From contig CAVPXM010000045.1 in NCBI GenBank assembly GCA_963709405.1, forward strand, positions 1 through 23,136: 23,136 nucleotides of DNA, given 5' to 3'. The position numbers and the translations under genes were made by a program. The notes beneath the pieces were generated by a model. That model was given only the letters and a program-made list of their open reading frames with translations, had not been told where the DNA came from and did no database searches. Below, in pieces: positions 1-10,474 of this stretch; position 1 is the first letter of the stretch; the number at the start of each line of letters is the position of its first letter. The DNA is from an uncultured Nitrososphaerales archaeon (GTDB taxonomy: Archaea > Thermoproteota > Nitrososphaeria > Nitrososphaerales > Nitrososphaeraceae).

Positions 1-468
1 ATAATTGATGGTTAATACTGAAGGTTTGATATACCGTAAGACAGATCACAGGAATGGAAGAAAACATGATTATGACATTTACAAACACAATCATCTTATA
101 ACTCCATCACAAGTTGACAACACAGTTGATTCTGGTTATCTTGGTATTGAAACGGACTTTCCCAGTGAAGTCTGTACTTCCGATTGAGAAGAAAAAGAAT
201 ACTTGCTTTCAAATAGTGAAAGAACTTATAACAAGAATCGCTCTAAGCTTAGAGTTATAATTGAACATACTACTATATGCAAGATCAAGAAGTTTGGAAT
301 AATGGGCACTAAGTTCAAAAGCAGATTAAGAAGGTACAATAACATATCTGATATTGTGTCCGGCTTACTGAACTTCAGAGTTATGCAGTCTAGCAGGATT
401 TCACTCTAGGAAAAGAGTTAGGGTTTGTAGTGTAAATAGATCATAGCGGCTAATTACGCAAGACATCT
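1..468 (+). mobile_element. 3' part of an IS5-family (ISL2-like, DDE_Tnp_4-type) element with a frameshifted transposase; runs off the window edge
   Basis: ORFs 5..187 and 203..409 align with the C-terminal part of the transposase at 19155..19757 (GRKHDYDIYKHNH, D[S/L]GYLGIE, IIEH.TICKIKKFGIMG). Terminal repeat ctaattacgcaagacatct at 450-468 has one mismatch to the TIR of the copy at 19097-20149. Confidence 0.9.
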
Positions 469-505
469 GTTACATATCTCTAAACCTAATACAAATCAGT
501 CCTAC

Positions 506-1349
506 CTACAGTTTGGATATGCCAATCATTGTGAGGATTCCATGTTGATGTGCACTCAATAACTGTCCAACTATTGCTAGCTCTGAGATTGCGGTTTGCC
601 TATCGCCACCTTTTAAATCATCGAGTGATTGTTTGAGATGCGATCTAGTATTGTTAAAGATGGAATTTATAAAATCAATCATTGATAGTTGATGTTGATA
701 TAATTGATCACTTGCAATATTCAAGTCTGAAAGTGCTTTTTGAGTATAGCCAGCATTAACAGCCTCGTTGGCATCTAACAAATGGGCTTCTAAAGAGTTG
801 AATGTGGAATTCATCTCTCCGCTCATGGGCAGTTTCATTTCCATCATCCCTTGTTGGTGTTGAATCTTCAGTTGTCCTGCCATATTCAATTCCGAAATAG
901 CCTTCTCTGCATTACCTGAGTTTATTGCATCCTCAGCTGCAGCCAAATGAATTCTGGACGACTGAAGAATAGGATTAGAGAGAACATCCAGAGCAGATAA
1001 CTGATATTGCTCTATTTTAGTTTTTAAAGCGTTCAAGTTTGAAAGTGCATCTTTTGTATTATTCATATTTATGTCATTTAGAACCTGCGCTAAAATACTC
1101 CGAGTCGATTTAATAGTAGATATTAAGACTGTAGTGGCATTATTACATAATTGTTGTTGTCTATCCTGAAACAGGTAAACTTTCATTATTATAAAATGCA
1201 GATGGTCTACTACTAATATCAAGCCCATATACAGATTTAGAGGTAATCGTCATAGTTGTTAATTGACATATCAGTAATATTGTTGTGCCAGCAATAGACG
1301 TAATCAATATTTTGGATTTATGATTCATAAATAATTTATACAATCTCAT
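506..1349 (-). pseudogene. Secreted four-repeat helical His/Met-containing protein, split by one frameshift near 1161-1175
   Basis: ORF 1161..1349 encodes a signal-peptide-like N-terminus (MNHKSKILITSIAGTTILLICQL). The overlapping ORF 506..1228 encodes four ~47-54 aa repeats of the form HL..A.....G....A[IL]S[ED]L.........HQ. Confidence 0.7.
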
Positions 1350-1536
1350 ATTAATAAAAATTCGTTATTAATGTGGAATTCAATAATAAATTTTTTATGG
1401 ATATTATGATAATTCATTGCAAGATTAGTTGATCTTATGCAAACAAAAACTAACGACAATTAAATGATAGTTGAGGCACCTCTACATTTTCTCGTGATTA
1501 TGATGTAAAAATATTATAATCATCAACTTCCACATC

Positions 1537-1557
1537 CACGCGCAAAAACACGCGCAA
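1537..1557. repeat. GC-rich 9-bp direct repeat cacgcgcaa with 12-bp period
   Basis: cacgcgcaa at 1537-1545 and 1549-1557 in an otherwise AT-rich intergenic region. Confidence 0.7.
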
Positions 1558-1810
1558 GAGGTTAGCATAACATACCAAATTTGAAAATTAATCTGGCAAA
1601 AATCAGATAAATATATTGAGTCAAAAGATCAAAATAATACAAAAATATCTTCTCTGAGGTTGATTAAACAGGAGAATTAATAATTCTACCAATTAGCAAA
1701 CTATTTGTAAGCAACAAGCACTGCAGAAAAAATGAGATATGGTTTCTTGGTTTCTTACTCCAGAATAGATTCCAGTAGATGAAAAGATAATATTCAGATT
1801 GATAGTCAGT

Positions 1811-2281
1811 CTAACCTCTTTTCTTGCAGTAATTTTCTAACCTACCCAAGAAATAAGTCCAACCTTCATTATGCTCTTTGAACATCTTTTCTCCAGCTTT
1901 AAAGCCTGTATGAATCAGCTTTAGTTTGGTCTTGTTGTCATCGATCTTTTCTAGCTCCCATGTAACAACGGTTTTCGGAAAATCGGGTATGGTCAAATGT
2001 TCCCATGTATATGAGATCTTCTTGTTTGGTGTGATTTCAACAATAACTCCCTCAGGAAAAAAATCCATATTTTTGTGTGCATTAGGATCTTTAAAAAAAC
2101 TGAACTTCATTTTTCCTCCAACCCTAGGTTCTAAAATAGCTTGGTCTGGAAACCAATTTGTTAGCTCGCGTGGATCAGTAATGGCTTTAAAAACGATTTC
2201 TGGGGAAGCATCAATAATTATCGTCTTCTTTATTTCTACCAAATCTTGTTCTTCCTGTCCTCCTTCCTTTGTTGTTGACAT
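1811..2281 (-). CDS. SRPBCC/AHSA1 (CalC/Aha1-like) domain protein
   Basis: Typical motifs IDASPEIVFKAITDPRELTNWF, EPRVGGKMKFSF, PNKKISYTW, TKLKLIHTGF and HNEGWTYFLGRL. Confidence 0.93.
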   Translation of the reverse strand: MSTTKEGGQEEQDLVEIKKTIIIDASPEIVFKAITDPRELTNWFPDQAILEPRVGGKMKFSFFKDPNAHKNMDFFPEGVIVEITPNKKISYTWEHLTIPDFPKTVVTWELEKIDDNKTKLKLIHTGFKAGEKMFKEHNEGWTYFLGRLENYCKKRG

Positions 2282-2296
2282 GTATATGCTAACAGA

Positions 2297-2338
2297 ATAT
2301 AATATTTAAATAGTTCTATAACTATATAATATTTAAAT
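2297..2338. promoter_or_regulatory. Shared divergent promoter/operator of the SRPBCC and ArsR genes
   Basis: Palindromic TATA-like tatttaaata at 2303-2312, about 22-28 bp from both start codons. Inverted repeat atagtt-N4-aactat at 2310-2325. 15-bp direct repeat atataatatttaaat at 2297-2311 and 2324-2338. Confidence 0.6.
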
Positions 2339-2339
2339 T

Positions 2340-2669
2340 ATGGGTTCTCCTTGGAAGGCACTGTCTGACGATAATAGAAGAGAAATACTACTGTTATTAG
2401 GAAAGAAAGATAATATGATTCCGACAGAAATAGCTGAGCACTTTAGATTTACTTTACCCACGGTCTCAATTCAACTCCGTATACTAAAGGAGGCAGATTT
2501 GATAGCAGAAAGAAAACAGGGCAAAAACAGATTTTATTCGTTAAATAGAAAGAAATCCCTGAAGCTAGTCGAATTCTTTGAGGAGATGTATGACTATAAC
2601 CTAAATTCACTAAAAGAATATGTAGAGAATAAGGAGAAGAAAAAGAAGAAAAATGAAGGTTCATTTTAA
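2340..2669 (+). CDS. ArsR/SmtB-family (SdpR-like) transcriptional regulator
   Basis: KALSDDNRREILLLL, EIAEHF, TVSIQLRILKEADLI and ERKQGKNRFYSLN match the ArsR winged-HTH pattern. The protein has no Cys. Confidence 0.93.
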   Translation: MGSPWKALSDDNRREILLLLGKKDNMIPTEIAEHFRFTLPTVSIQLRILKEADLIAERKQGKNRFYSLNRKKSLKLVEFFEEMYDYNLNSLKEYVENKEKKKKKNEGSF

Positions 2670-3082
2670 GAACGATGTGATTTCTCATTTATTAGAATTG
2701 ACCAATGGTCGTTATGCAATAAAACAAAATCTACCCTTCAAACGCTATTTTTGTTGATTCAATAGTGTAAAGGAATACTAGAAATTTATTATAAGAAAGC
2801 ATTTAATAGCATTAATCTCATATTCATACTTCTGATAGAATAGTTACCAAATTGGTATATATTTCAATGTGTCTAGATGGAAATTCCTGCTGATTAATCC
2901 GTATTTTCAATATTGAGCCACGTGAATCATCAGCAATCACCATATATTCTGATTTTATTTAAAGCCATCTTTGAATAGCCCTTCTTGCAATTCTAATATT
3001 CAAGATTTAGGTTATATAGAGCAATTTTATACTTGTAACAATTGATATCGTGAAGCAGCAGTGTAGAGCTTTCTGGAACGCA

Positions 3083-3630
3083 TCATAACATTATCCAGTT
3101 TATTATATCATTTATCAGTCTCTCTCTGTAATAGTTCATTAATAGAGCCGAAGTTATCCAAATGCTGAAAAATGCCATAAAGGAAGAGATTCTATAGGTA
3201 TTCTCTAATAATACATATTTACCGCCAGTTATATCTCCAGAACTTCCAATATATTCTCCAGCGTGAGATGGCCTATCGCTGACCTTGGCACTTGTAAAAG
3301 CGGCCGTCATGATTAAGTTAAACGCTATTATTAACATCGATATAAAATACAAAAAGTTGATAAGACTATGGTTTGATTTATACCAGGACAAAAACAGCAG
3401 AGATAACCGTATTAACAGAACTGCTGTTATTCCATAGCTAATCGTAATTATGGAAATACTGATTAGTGTATCATAGTAGTTATTCTAGAACTGCTGGAAA
3501 ATCAAAAGGCCTATCAAAGCTGCTAATATACATAGCGAAGTTAACGAAATTACATAGAAAGCCTTAGCCTTTAATGTCTTATCTAGTCGAGCTACTTTAA
3601 TTGAACTTTACATATTTTAATTTGTTGTTA
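3083..3630 (-). pseudogene. Fragment of a multi-pass membrane hypothetical protein
   Basis: The frame of ORF 3083..3391 continues upstream through an in-frame TAG at 3485-3487 (FYVISLTSLCILAALIGLLIFQQF*NNYYDTLISISIITISYG...LFLSWYKSN) with several hydrophobic segments. It appears truncated at both ends. Confidence 0.7.
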
Positions 3631-3960
3631 TGTTGTGATGTATATGGCATTATGTCCTATTTGTAAAAAAAAATTGAGTGAACATTCCGAGTTGCAAGAT
3701 AAAATATGCAAAATGATCATGATAAAACAGTTTGCAAACAACTCTCCTGGTTATGATGTTCAGTTTAGACCTTTCTTCGAAGAATAAGAACGTAACTTTG
3801 TTAAAGCAGAAATCCCACGACATTACTATCCTAGCCATGAGCAATGGAGATGTAGGAAGAACATCATGTTGAATTTATCAATAAAAAGCGTGCCAAGTGA
3901 AACGCATGGATCGGTAGTCAATTACCTCGGCCTTTGATGGTGGAGGAAGATATGCTTCGT

Positions 3961-4907
3961 ATGAAAGTTGGACTGTTCTTACCGCAAGTTGGTGAGCATG
4001 CTACGAGAGATAACAATCTCCACGTTGCTAAGGAAGCAGAAAAAGAAGGTATTGATTCAGTTTCGGTACTAGATCGCCTACTATGGCCACTTTAAACCAC
4101 AGACGCCGTATGTAGCCACTCCTGACGGTTCTGTGCCTGTTGATTTTCAGAACGTCCTTAGACCCACTCACTACACTGACATATGTTGCTGGTGTTACCG
4201 AACGAATTTCTTTAGGAACATCAGTAATCGATATGTTCTTTCAAAACCCAGTTGTGTTGGGAAAAAGATTTACTACACTTGACGTTCTCTCCGATGGAAG
4301 ATCTATTGCTGGATTGGGTATAGGTTGGTCAAAAGATGAATATGAAGTCTCAGGCATTCCTTATAAAGCAGAGGTACTCGAGCGTAACGAATATCTTCGA
4401 GCGTTGAGAAAAATATGGACCGATGATATTGTAGAATTTAAGGGTCAATTTTCCAATATACCTGCCTACTAAGATAGGACCTAAACCCTTGCAAAAACCA
4501 CCATCCCCCGATAATACTAGGCGGGTTACAGTCGCGAAAGACTTATTCACGTATAGTAAACTATGCCAAACGGATGGATAGGCGTTGCTGGTTTTGGTCC
4601 GTTAAATCAGCCTCGAGCAGGCGATAAACGGTTTTGAAAGAAGGTGCAAGAAAGGCCGGTAAGGATACCTCGAAGGTTGGTATCTATATTGGTTCATTTC
4701 CAAATGTCCTCGAATCGTCCACCTTCCTCCAATCAAACCAGAGCACCGATGACGGGTACCATTGAACAAATTGGAAGTGATATTGAGCAAATTAAGGCAA
4801 TGGGTACAGATCATATAATCTTTGGTCTCATGTTTTCTTCCATAGGAAGGGATATGAGAAAGATAGTTGAGAAGTAACAAAACAGACTTGGTAGATTTGC
4901 CAGATGA
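3961..4907 (+). pseudogene. Luciferase-like (LLM-class, probably F420-dependent) oxidoreductase with multiple frameshifts and stops
   Basis: MKVGLFLPQVG...AKEAEKEGIDSVSVLDRLLWP from 3961; LDPLTTLTYVAGVTERISLGTSV, LDVLSDGR and GLGIGWSKDEY in 4140..4472; GPKPLQKP after a stop; MTGTIEQIGSDIEQIKAMGTDHIIF at the end. Confidence 0.9.
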
Positions 4908-4979
4908 AGAAAAGAGATTTTATTCTCATAACTATGAGTTGGGATGCCAGTTAATGTAAGTGATGTAAAATTCGACTTA

Positions 4980-5870
4980 GAGCCTATCCCAAAATTATCC
5001 TACTGTAAATAAGAATGCAACAAACCAAACATACTAACGCAAAATAGTTTTCTAATTTCTTTTCATATCTAACCAAAAGTTTTCTGAGCCTGTTGTGCCA
5101 GGAGTTGGTTCTTTCAACGACCCATCTTCTGGAACTATGATGATGGGCTCTCCTGAATGCTGATATAGACTTCCTACATCTATGTGGAATCTGTGGGTGA
5201 TAGCCTTTCTTGATAACGCCATTCTCAATCTCCGGAAAATCATATCCTTTATCGAGATAAAGATTCTGTTTCTCTTCATACGTCTTATAAGACGGTCTGT
5301 TAACTACCATATTGTTCAGCGTGCTAATATGCAGCCTTCATATCATGTGTATTAGCTGTAGTTACAACAACAGATAATGGAATACCTTGTCCATCAGGTA
5401 ATACATGACGTTTTGTTCCTAACTTACCTCTGTCTGTGGGATTAGGTCCAGTCATTTCCCCCCTAAAGGTGCCTTTATACATACACTATCAAGAGATTGC
5501 ATGTCTATTGATGCCTACTATACCATCATATACTTTTAGCAATCTAGCTGCATAATCTTGAAATATCTTAGATATAGACCATTCCTGGAATCTCCTATGA
5601 CAGTCGAACCCGAACCAAATTCCTGTGGCAGCATCTTCCACTGACATCCGGTTCTTAAGACATACAAAATACCATCGTCAACCTCCTAAATGATACTGCT
5701 GGACGTCCGATTGTATTATCTAGCTTCTCTGGTGGAAGTATAAACCTATGCTCATCCATTAACTTCATCTGGGACTCTTTTGATAGTTGGAACGTACCTG
5801 ATTCTGTCGTAAGCCACACTTATGAGCAGGACAATCTCACTATATGTCTATCTATTTTTGGGATGGGCTC
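4980..5870 (-). mobile_element. IS5-family element (~0.89 kb) with degraded transposase
   Basis: Inverted ends gagcctatcccaaaa (4980-4994) and ttttgggatgggctc (5856-5870), flanked by TA on both sides. Motifs YVLRTGCQW, TGPNPTDRGKLGTKRH, LDKGYD and RWVVERTNSWHNRLRKLLVRYEK are spread over several frames. Confidence 0.9.
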
Positions 5871-6908
5871 TATGTCCATTTATCATATTCTATGCTCTGT
5901 TGCATCTATACTGATAATCTCTCATTTTAGAGAATATTTATAATCAGGGATGCCACACATCGTATTAGAAGACACATTTTCAGATATAATTACAATGGAT
6001 CTGATTTATTGTCCGATATAGCCTGTTTTGGAGTACAGGATATGAGAGTCAGTTATCTACCTATGATTTAGCCAACATATTGTACAGTGCGCATTTGTCT
6101 GCTTTAGTTTTTCGAGACTTATTGGCAGATAACCATTCCTATTTGCAGAATTAATATTATATTTGATCATATAATTAGGATTAAACTGCAGTCGCCTTAA
6201 CTGGCTGCATCTATCTAGCCAATTCTTTAGCGACCAGAAGCCTGTTCAGTCGAATGGTTTGTATAACGATTCCAAATGAAGTATCTCACAAGGATACTAA
6301 TGAATAACCATAATCGCTATATCATGTGTCAAAAGCCTCAACAAATGGTTTACCTCGCGGCTGATTACCAAACAATGGCCCCCCGTATTTGTTCCGCTAT
6401 TCGCTCGTCTATTCAAATCTATCGTAAAATCTTTATGACAGCCAAGGTGTGGGATGACATATTTCTGGGCTGAGTCCGCAGTCGTGTATATATTCTCGTG
6501 CTACTGGAGATACCTGGTGATTATGGATTAAAACAGTAGCACCAATTTAAGTACATGTTACCAGATTGAAAAACTATAGTATTTTGTTGCAATTTACTTA
6601 AATATTAGACTATTGCTGCCAACTCCTACAAACATTAGTATCAACATCAGCTGTTGTTCTTTCTTCTTTTTCTTGTTACGACATACTAAGATTGTTACTC
6701 AATCAAATTCAACTCCAAGTGAGGTTGCTGATGATTTCTGCGACATGGTTCTAAAATCAGATATGTATTCCTTCATGTACTACCTTATTTCCGTGATGCA
6801 CTTATATCCTCGTGTGGCTCACTTGATACTTATAATAAGAGATTAGTATTAGCCATATTCACATGTTACTTAATATTACTATTTTTGATCCTTGTGACAC
6901 TATTATTA

Positions 6909-7088
6909 TCATATTTTCCAGCTGCTGCTCTCGGCTCCTTTAATACTAATATTCATTGCAGGCATATGTATGCTCCCAAGAGCCAATCCTATTAATCCTC
7001 CATGAAATCCTACTCCAAAACCAACAACTGATTCTAGAATGATTAGTTTATTCTTATTGAGCAAAAAGTTCTTGTTCTTCCTTGACAT
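6909..7088 (-). pseudogene. Short remnant resembling a sulfite exporter TauE/SafE membrane protein
   Basis: 59-aa frame ...IILESVVGFGVGFHGGLIGLALGSIHMPAM... resembles the Gly-rich TauE repeat as I recall it; far too short to be complete. Confidence 0.5.
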
Positions 7089-7305
7089 TTTTCACACCCT
7101 GTCAATTCATAACATCCACGAATAAGACAGTATCTAGACTGCCATACTAAAGTTATTCCTAGCGTATTCTTGAGCAGATATATCTCAGATATTTTCTTGT
7201 ACTGGATAAGTCAGAACATCTAATCTCATAAATATTCGATGCTGTTGACTAGCCATGGCTTTCCAGTTAATATCAATAGAGATTTGAGCGTGATTTTCTT
7301 TAATA

Positions 7306-8120
7306 TCATCTAGAAGAACTTGAAGGAGAAGTCGTACTTGTATTCAATGAACTCGTATTTGCTCCTATATTGGAGGCAGCAGTAGTATTAACATAGGAAT
7401 GTGAGTCCAGAATGAGCCTCAAGCCACCCATACAAATCTGCCAAAATATATTGTTGTATAGGTCCAATTGCAGTCGACCACTGAGATGAAGGATAGAATA
7501 CATGTCCAAGATTTGGATATGTTATCAATGAATGGTCAGGGTGATTTACTTCAGTTAGTCTTTGTTGCAATAGAAACGCTTGTTGAACAGGAGTTTGAGA
7601 ATCGTTTTCTCCATTGAGCAGTAGGATACCTGTAGATTTAGAGACATTACCAATGATGCTTAAAGTTGGAATCGAACTAAATAGCAATCTCCACAATATA
7701 GGACATACTCCAATATAATTGCATTTGAGCAAATTGAAAGCTGTGATGTTTTCATATGCCTTTGTCAGCAAAGGTTTAAGTTGTTTATCAATACTTATGT
7801 AACCACTCGTACCAAAACCCGTTGCTAGAGTGGTAGTTATGACTATGGTATTATTAGTACGCAAAAAAGTAAGCATAACAGAAGACGGCACCAATAACTG
7901 CCTTAACAAAGGATCCTTCGCTATTTGCTGTATTGATATCAATCCAGTGTGATTTTTATCCAATACTTGTGTAGCGTACCTGAGGGTAATGATACGTCTT
8001 GATAGTATTCTACATCTCGAGGGTTCTGAGCTAGGTTGCCCATAAGTATAATGTTCTTTACATTAGTCGAATTATCTATGCTACTCTTGGAGCATAAATT
8101 GTACCTTCGCTATGACCAAT
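7306..8120 (-). pseudogene. Alpha/beta hydrolase, N-terminally truncated and frameshifted
   Basis: Nucleophile elbow GHSEG at 8117-8103, upstream of and out of frame with ORF 7388..7963. LLLNGENDSQTP (catalytic Asp) and YPNLGHVF (catalytic His) are in 7388..7963. A Ser/Thr-rich tail lies in the shifted frame 7306..7509. Confidence 0.85.
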
Positions 8121-8339
8121 GGAGCCTGATCATTGTTATCACCTTTTATCCTCTGCTTCCACCTGATTTCATCTGCTACCAAGAAGCTTGAGTTTGAACT
8201 CAAAGAAAGAATTAGTGGATTATCGATTGGATTTAACATTTATTTTCTCGTCGTCTTTTTGTTAGTGTTGATTACACATGGAATCGTATATTATCCCCGT
8301 GATACGATTTATAAAGATGCTTATTGATGATCTTGAGTC

Positions 8340-8495
8340 TTTTTTCTCCCAATTCATCCATAACTCTTTCTAAATAATTTTTGAATTCTGTCTCGTCCAA
8401 CTCGGAATTAAAGTCTTCAGATCATTCAAACACCTCAGCTTTTTTCATGATTTCAGCTACACTTTCTTCAATTTCTTTCTATGCTTCTACTTTAC
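8340..8495 (-). pseudogene. Acidic coiled C-terminal remnant of a hypothetical protein
   Basis: KVEA*KEIEESVAEIMKKAEVFE*SEDFNSELDETEFKNYLERVMDELGEK is protein-like with two in-frame stops. From memory it resembles the tail of the membrane family seen at 3083-3630. Confidence 0.4.
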
Positions 8496-8606
8496 TATAT
8501 GATAAGTTTGCTTGAGGATATCATTATTGACCCAACCTGAGTCAGTAGGTCCTTGAATACTATGCAATCCGAGAGAGAAATAATATTAATTATGCTGGAC
8601 AATAGT

Positions 8607-9179
8607 TTAATTATTTTTTGTATCTCGGTCTCGGTCTCGTTTTTTTAATATGGCAATTTGAATCTTTTCCGATATCTTTTCTGCGATTCGCTTAATGATT
8701 TCAGGGTCTTTATTCCCTATCTCTTTTGCAATTAGATCATATTCCCATTCATTTTTCGCTTTTTTCTCGACGGCTTGTGTAACTCGATTTAAATACATTT
8801 TTCTTATAGCCAAATGTGAAAAATCCCCATTACCGCTTGAGCCGCCAATAGCACCATGAAAATGTAATCTGTTTGCGGGTATGTAAACGGAATCTCCATC
8901 TTCTTCAAAAAATATTATATCCTTTTCGTCAATTTCAAAATCGCTAACCTTGGATCCTTTAATCAAACCAACTACACCTTTTCCACCTGTGGCAATAAGT
9001 ATCTGATCAGACTCATGATAGTGTAATGTGGTTCTTGCTCCGTTATAAAATGTTACATGATATATTTCTTGTTCGTTACTTGCTTGTTCACTGAAGATCC
9101 CTCTTATAGTAACTCGCCCTGTAAAATAATCTTCATTTATTATTTTCGTCATGGCCGAATAGATATTCTCTTTATTCAT
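8607..9179 (-). CDS. Cupin-domain protein, HNL-like subfamily
   Basis: YFTGRVTI, VTFYNGARTTLHYHESDQILIATGGKG, GDSVYIPANRLHFHGA and SHLAI form a complete two-motif cupin with an H-x-H-x3-Q metal site. Confidence 0.85.
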   Translation of the reverse strand: MNKENIYSAMTKIINEDYFTGRVTIRGIFSEQASNEQEIYHVTFYNGARTTLHYHESDQILIATGGKGVVGLIKGSKVSDFEIDEKDIIFFEEDGDSVYIPANRLHFHGAIGGSSGNGDFSHLAIRKMYLNRVTQAVEKKAKNEWEYDLIAKEIGNKDPEIIKRIAEKISEKIQIAILKKRDRDRDTKNN

Positions 9180-9364
9180 GTAAGAATATTCTTAATGGTT
9201 GTTCCTTATATATTAAGACTTGATGAGATCGGTGATCTATCTTCTAATTCGCATGTTTTGCACGAGAGGATTAATCTAGCTAGTTTTACTTTTTTATGCT
9301 TTTAGTAAATATTCGATAAAAATGGTATAAAAAATTCAATTCAACAGACCTAATTGTTTTGAAC

Positions 9365-10474
9365 TAGACTCAGTAACATTAATTCGCTAACTCACACTCC
9401 TCGATAGATATTTGACTATGTCTAGTGTAGTCTGAACCGTCTTGTTCTATAGTAGTTGGCTATAGTATGTCTGAAATTTGCAAATTTCGGATAGTATTTC
9501 GATACCAAGAGATCATATTTTCCCTGTCTCCAGCATTCTTCTATAGCATTAAATTCAGACGAACCTTTTGGAAAATATATTACTTTTAGAACGTCTTTGT
9601 TTTGCTCTATGTATTCTCTTACCATGATGGACCGGTGATGTTGACGTGCTCTGTCTATGAACAATATTAGTTTTCCAAACCTTCTTTGCAATTGTATGAG
9701 ATAATCCAGAAAGGTGTATTGGTTAAAGGATTCATACTGACGAAAGAACTGTCTTCCGTCTATACACAGAGCACCAAATACACAGGTCCTTTGGTGTGAT
9801 CCAGTAATAGTTACAATTGGTCTTATTCTATCTGCAGTCCACATCTTCCTTCGAACCAAAGAATCATGTATAAAGATGGATTCGTCCATAACTGTGATGG
9901 TAAAGCCTTGAGGTATTCGTGAGATTATCCTTCTTGCCTTTTTCGAAACTCGTTTTTCTCTTGCTTTGATGCAGCATTAACAAATTTCATTCTTGGTACT
10001 TTAGGACTGAAACCCCATCTATGTAATAGTCTGTAGATATGAACTTCATGATATTTGACTCATGTTCTTTCATATATCAAATTCATGACTTCTTTAGCCA
10101 TCCATCCTGATTGATTTTATGACTATTCTTTTCTTATCTTGGTAGATGTTTCTTCCGACACTTCTGGAGGTCTACCACTTCTATGCTTATTCTTTAGTCC
10201 TTCCAAACCAGAATTATCAAATCTCTTGAGCCATTTGTAAGCCCACCATCTAAATCTATGGAATTCCTTTTCAGCTACACTGGATGCTTCTTTCTTATCT
10301 TCTCTAACAAGCCTTACTAGTAGAATTCTTTCCCTTAGGTCAGCATCTTTTTCATTTCTATAGGCGTTGCTCAAAGCTGCAGTCGCCAACAGATTAGGTA
10401 CACAATGCCCTCAAGCTAAATTTGTATTGGCCAAGACCATCAGACAGTTGCATCAAATTATGTTAGGCAGTATA
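9365..10474 (-). mobile_element. IS630-family element with fragmented transposase
   Basis: HTH part (AYKWLKRF...GLEGLKNKHRSGRPPEV) in 10123..10389; IYRLLHRWGFSPKVP region near 9990-10040; DDE part (MDES, FIDRARQH, PKGSSEFNAIEECW) in 9422..9889. Imperfect inverted ends tagactcagtaacattaat and attatgttaggcagtata with TA flanks. Confidence 0.9.

Noticed and set aside
1926-2309. 127-aa plus-strand ORF and similar shadow ORFs (2449..2688, 4350..4550, 4602..4880, 9057..9305, 10844..11032, 14716..15703, 18242..18436, 22523..22732)
   Set aside because: Antisense or alternate-frame overlaps of well-supported genes, with no motifs of their own.
2885-2940. Hammerhead-ribozyme-like CTGATGA...GAAA on the minus strand
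   Set aside because: Stem II is not closed correctly before GAAA and stem III cannot be formed; only a short tgctgat/atcagca inverted repeat is present.
5880-6850. Possible genes in the gap after the IS5 element (ORFs 6276..6473 and 6613..6846)
   Set aside because: The frames I read are interrupted by stops and I recognise no family. Probably decayed coding DNA, but a call would need BLASTX.
8623-8640. tctcgg hexamer tandem repeat
   Set aside because: Only three units, encoding RDRDRD at the cupin C-terminus; frame-preserving and too short to suggest phase variation.
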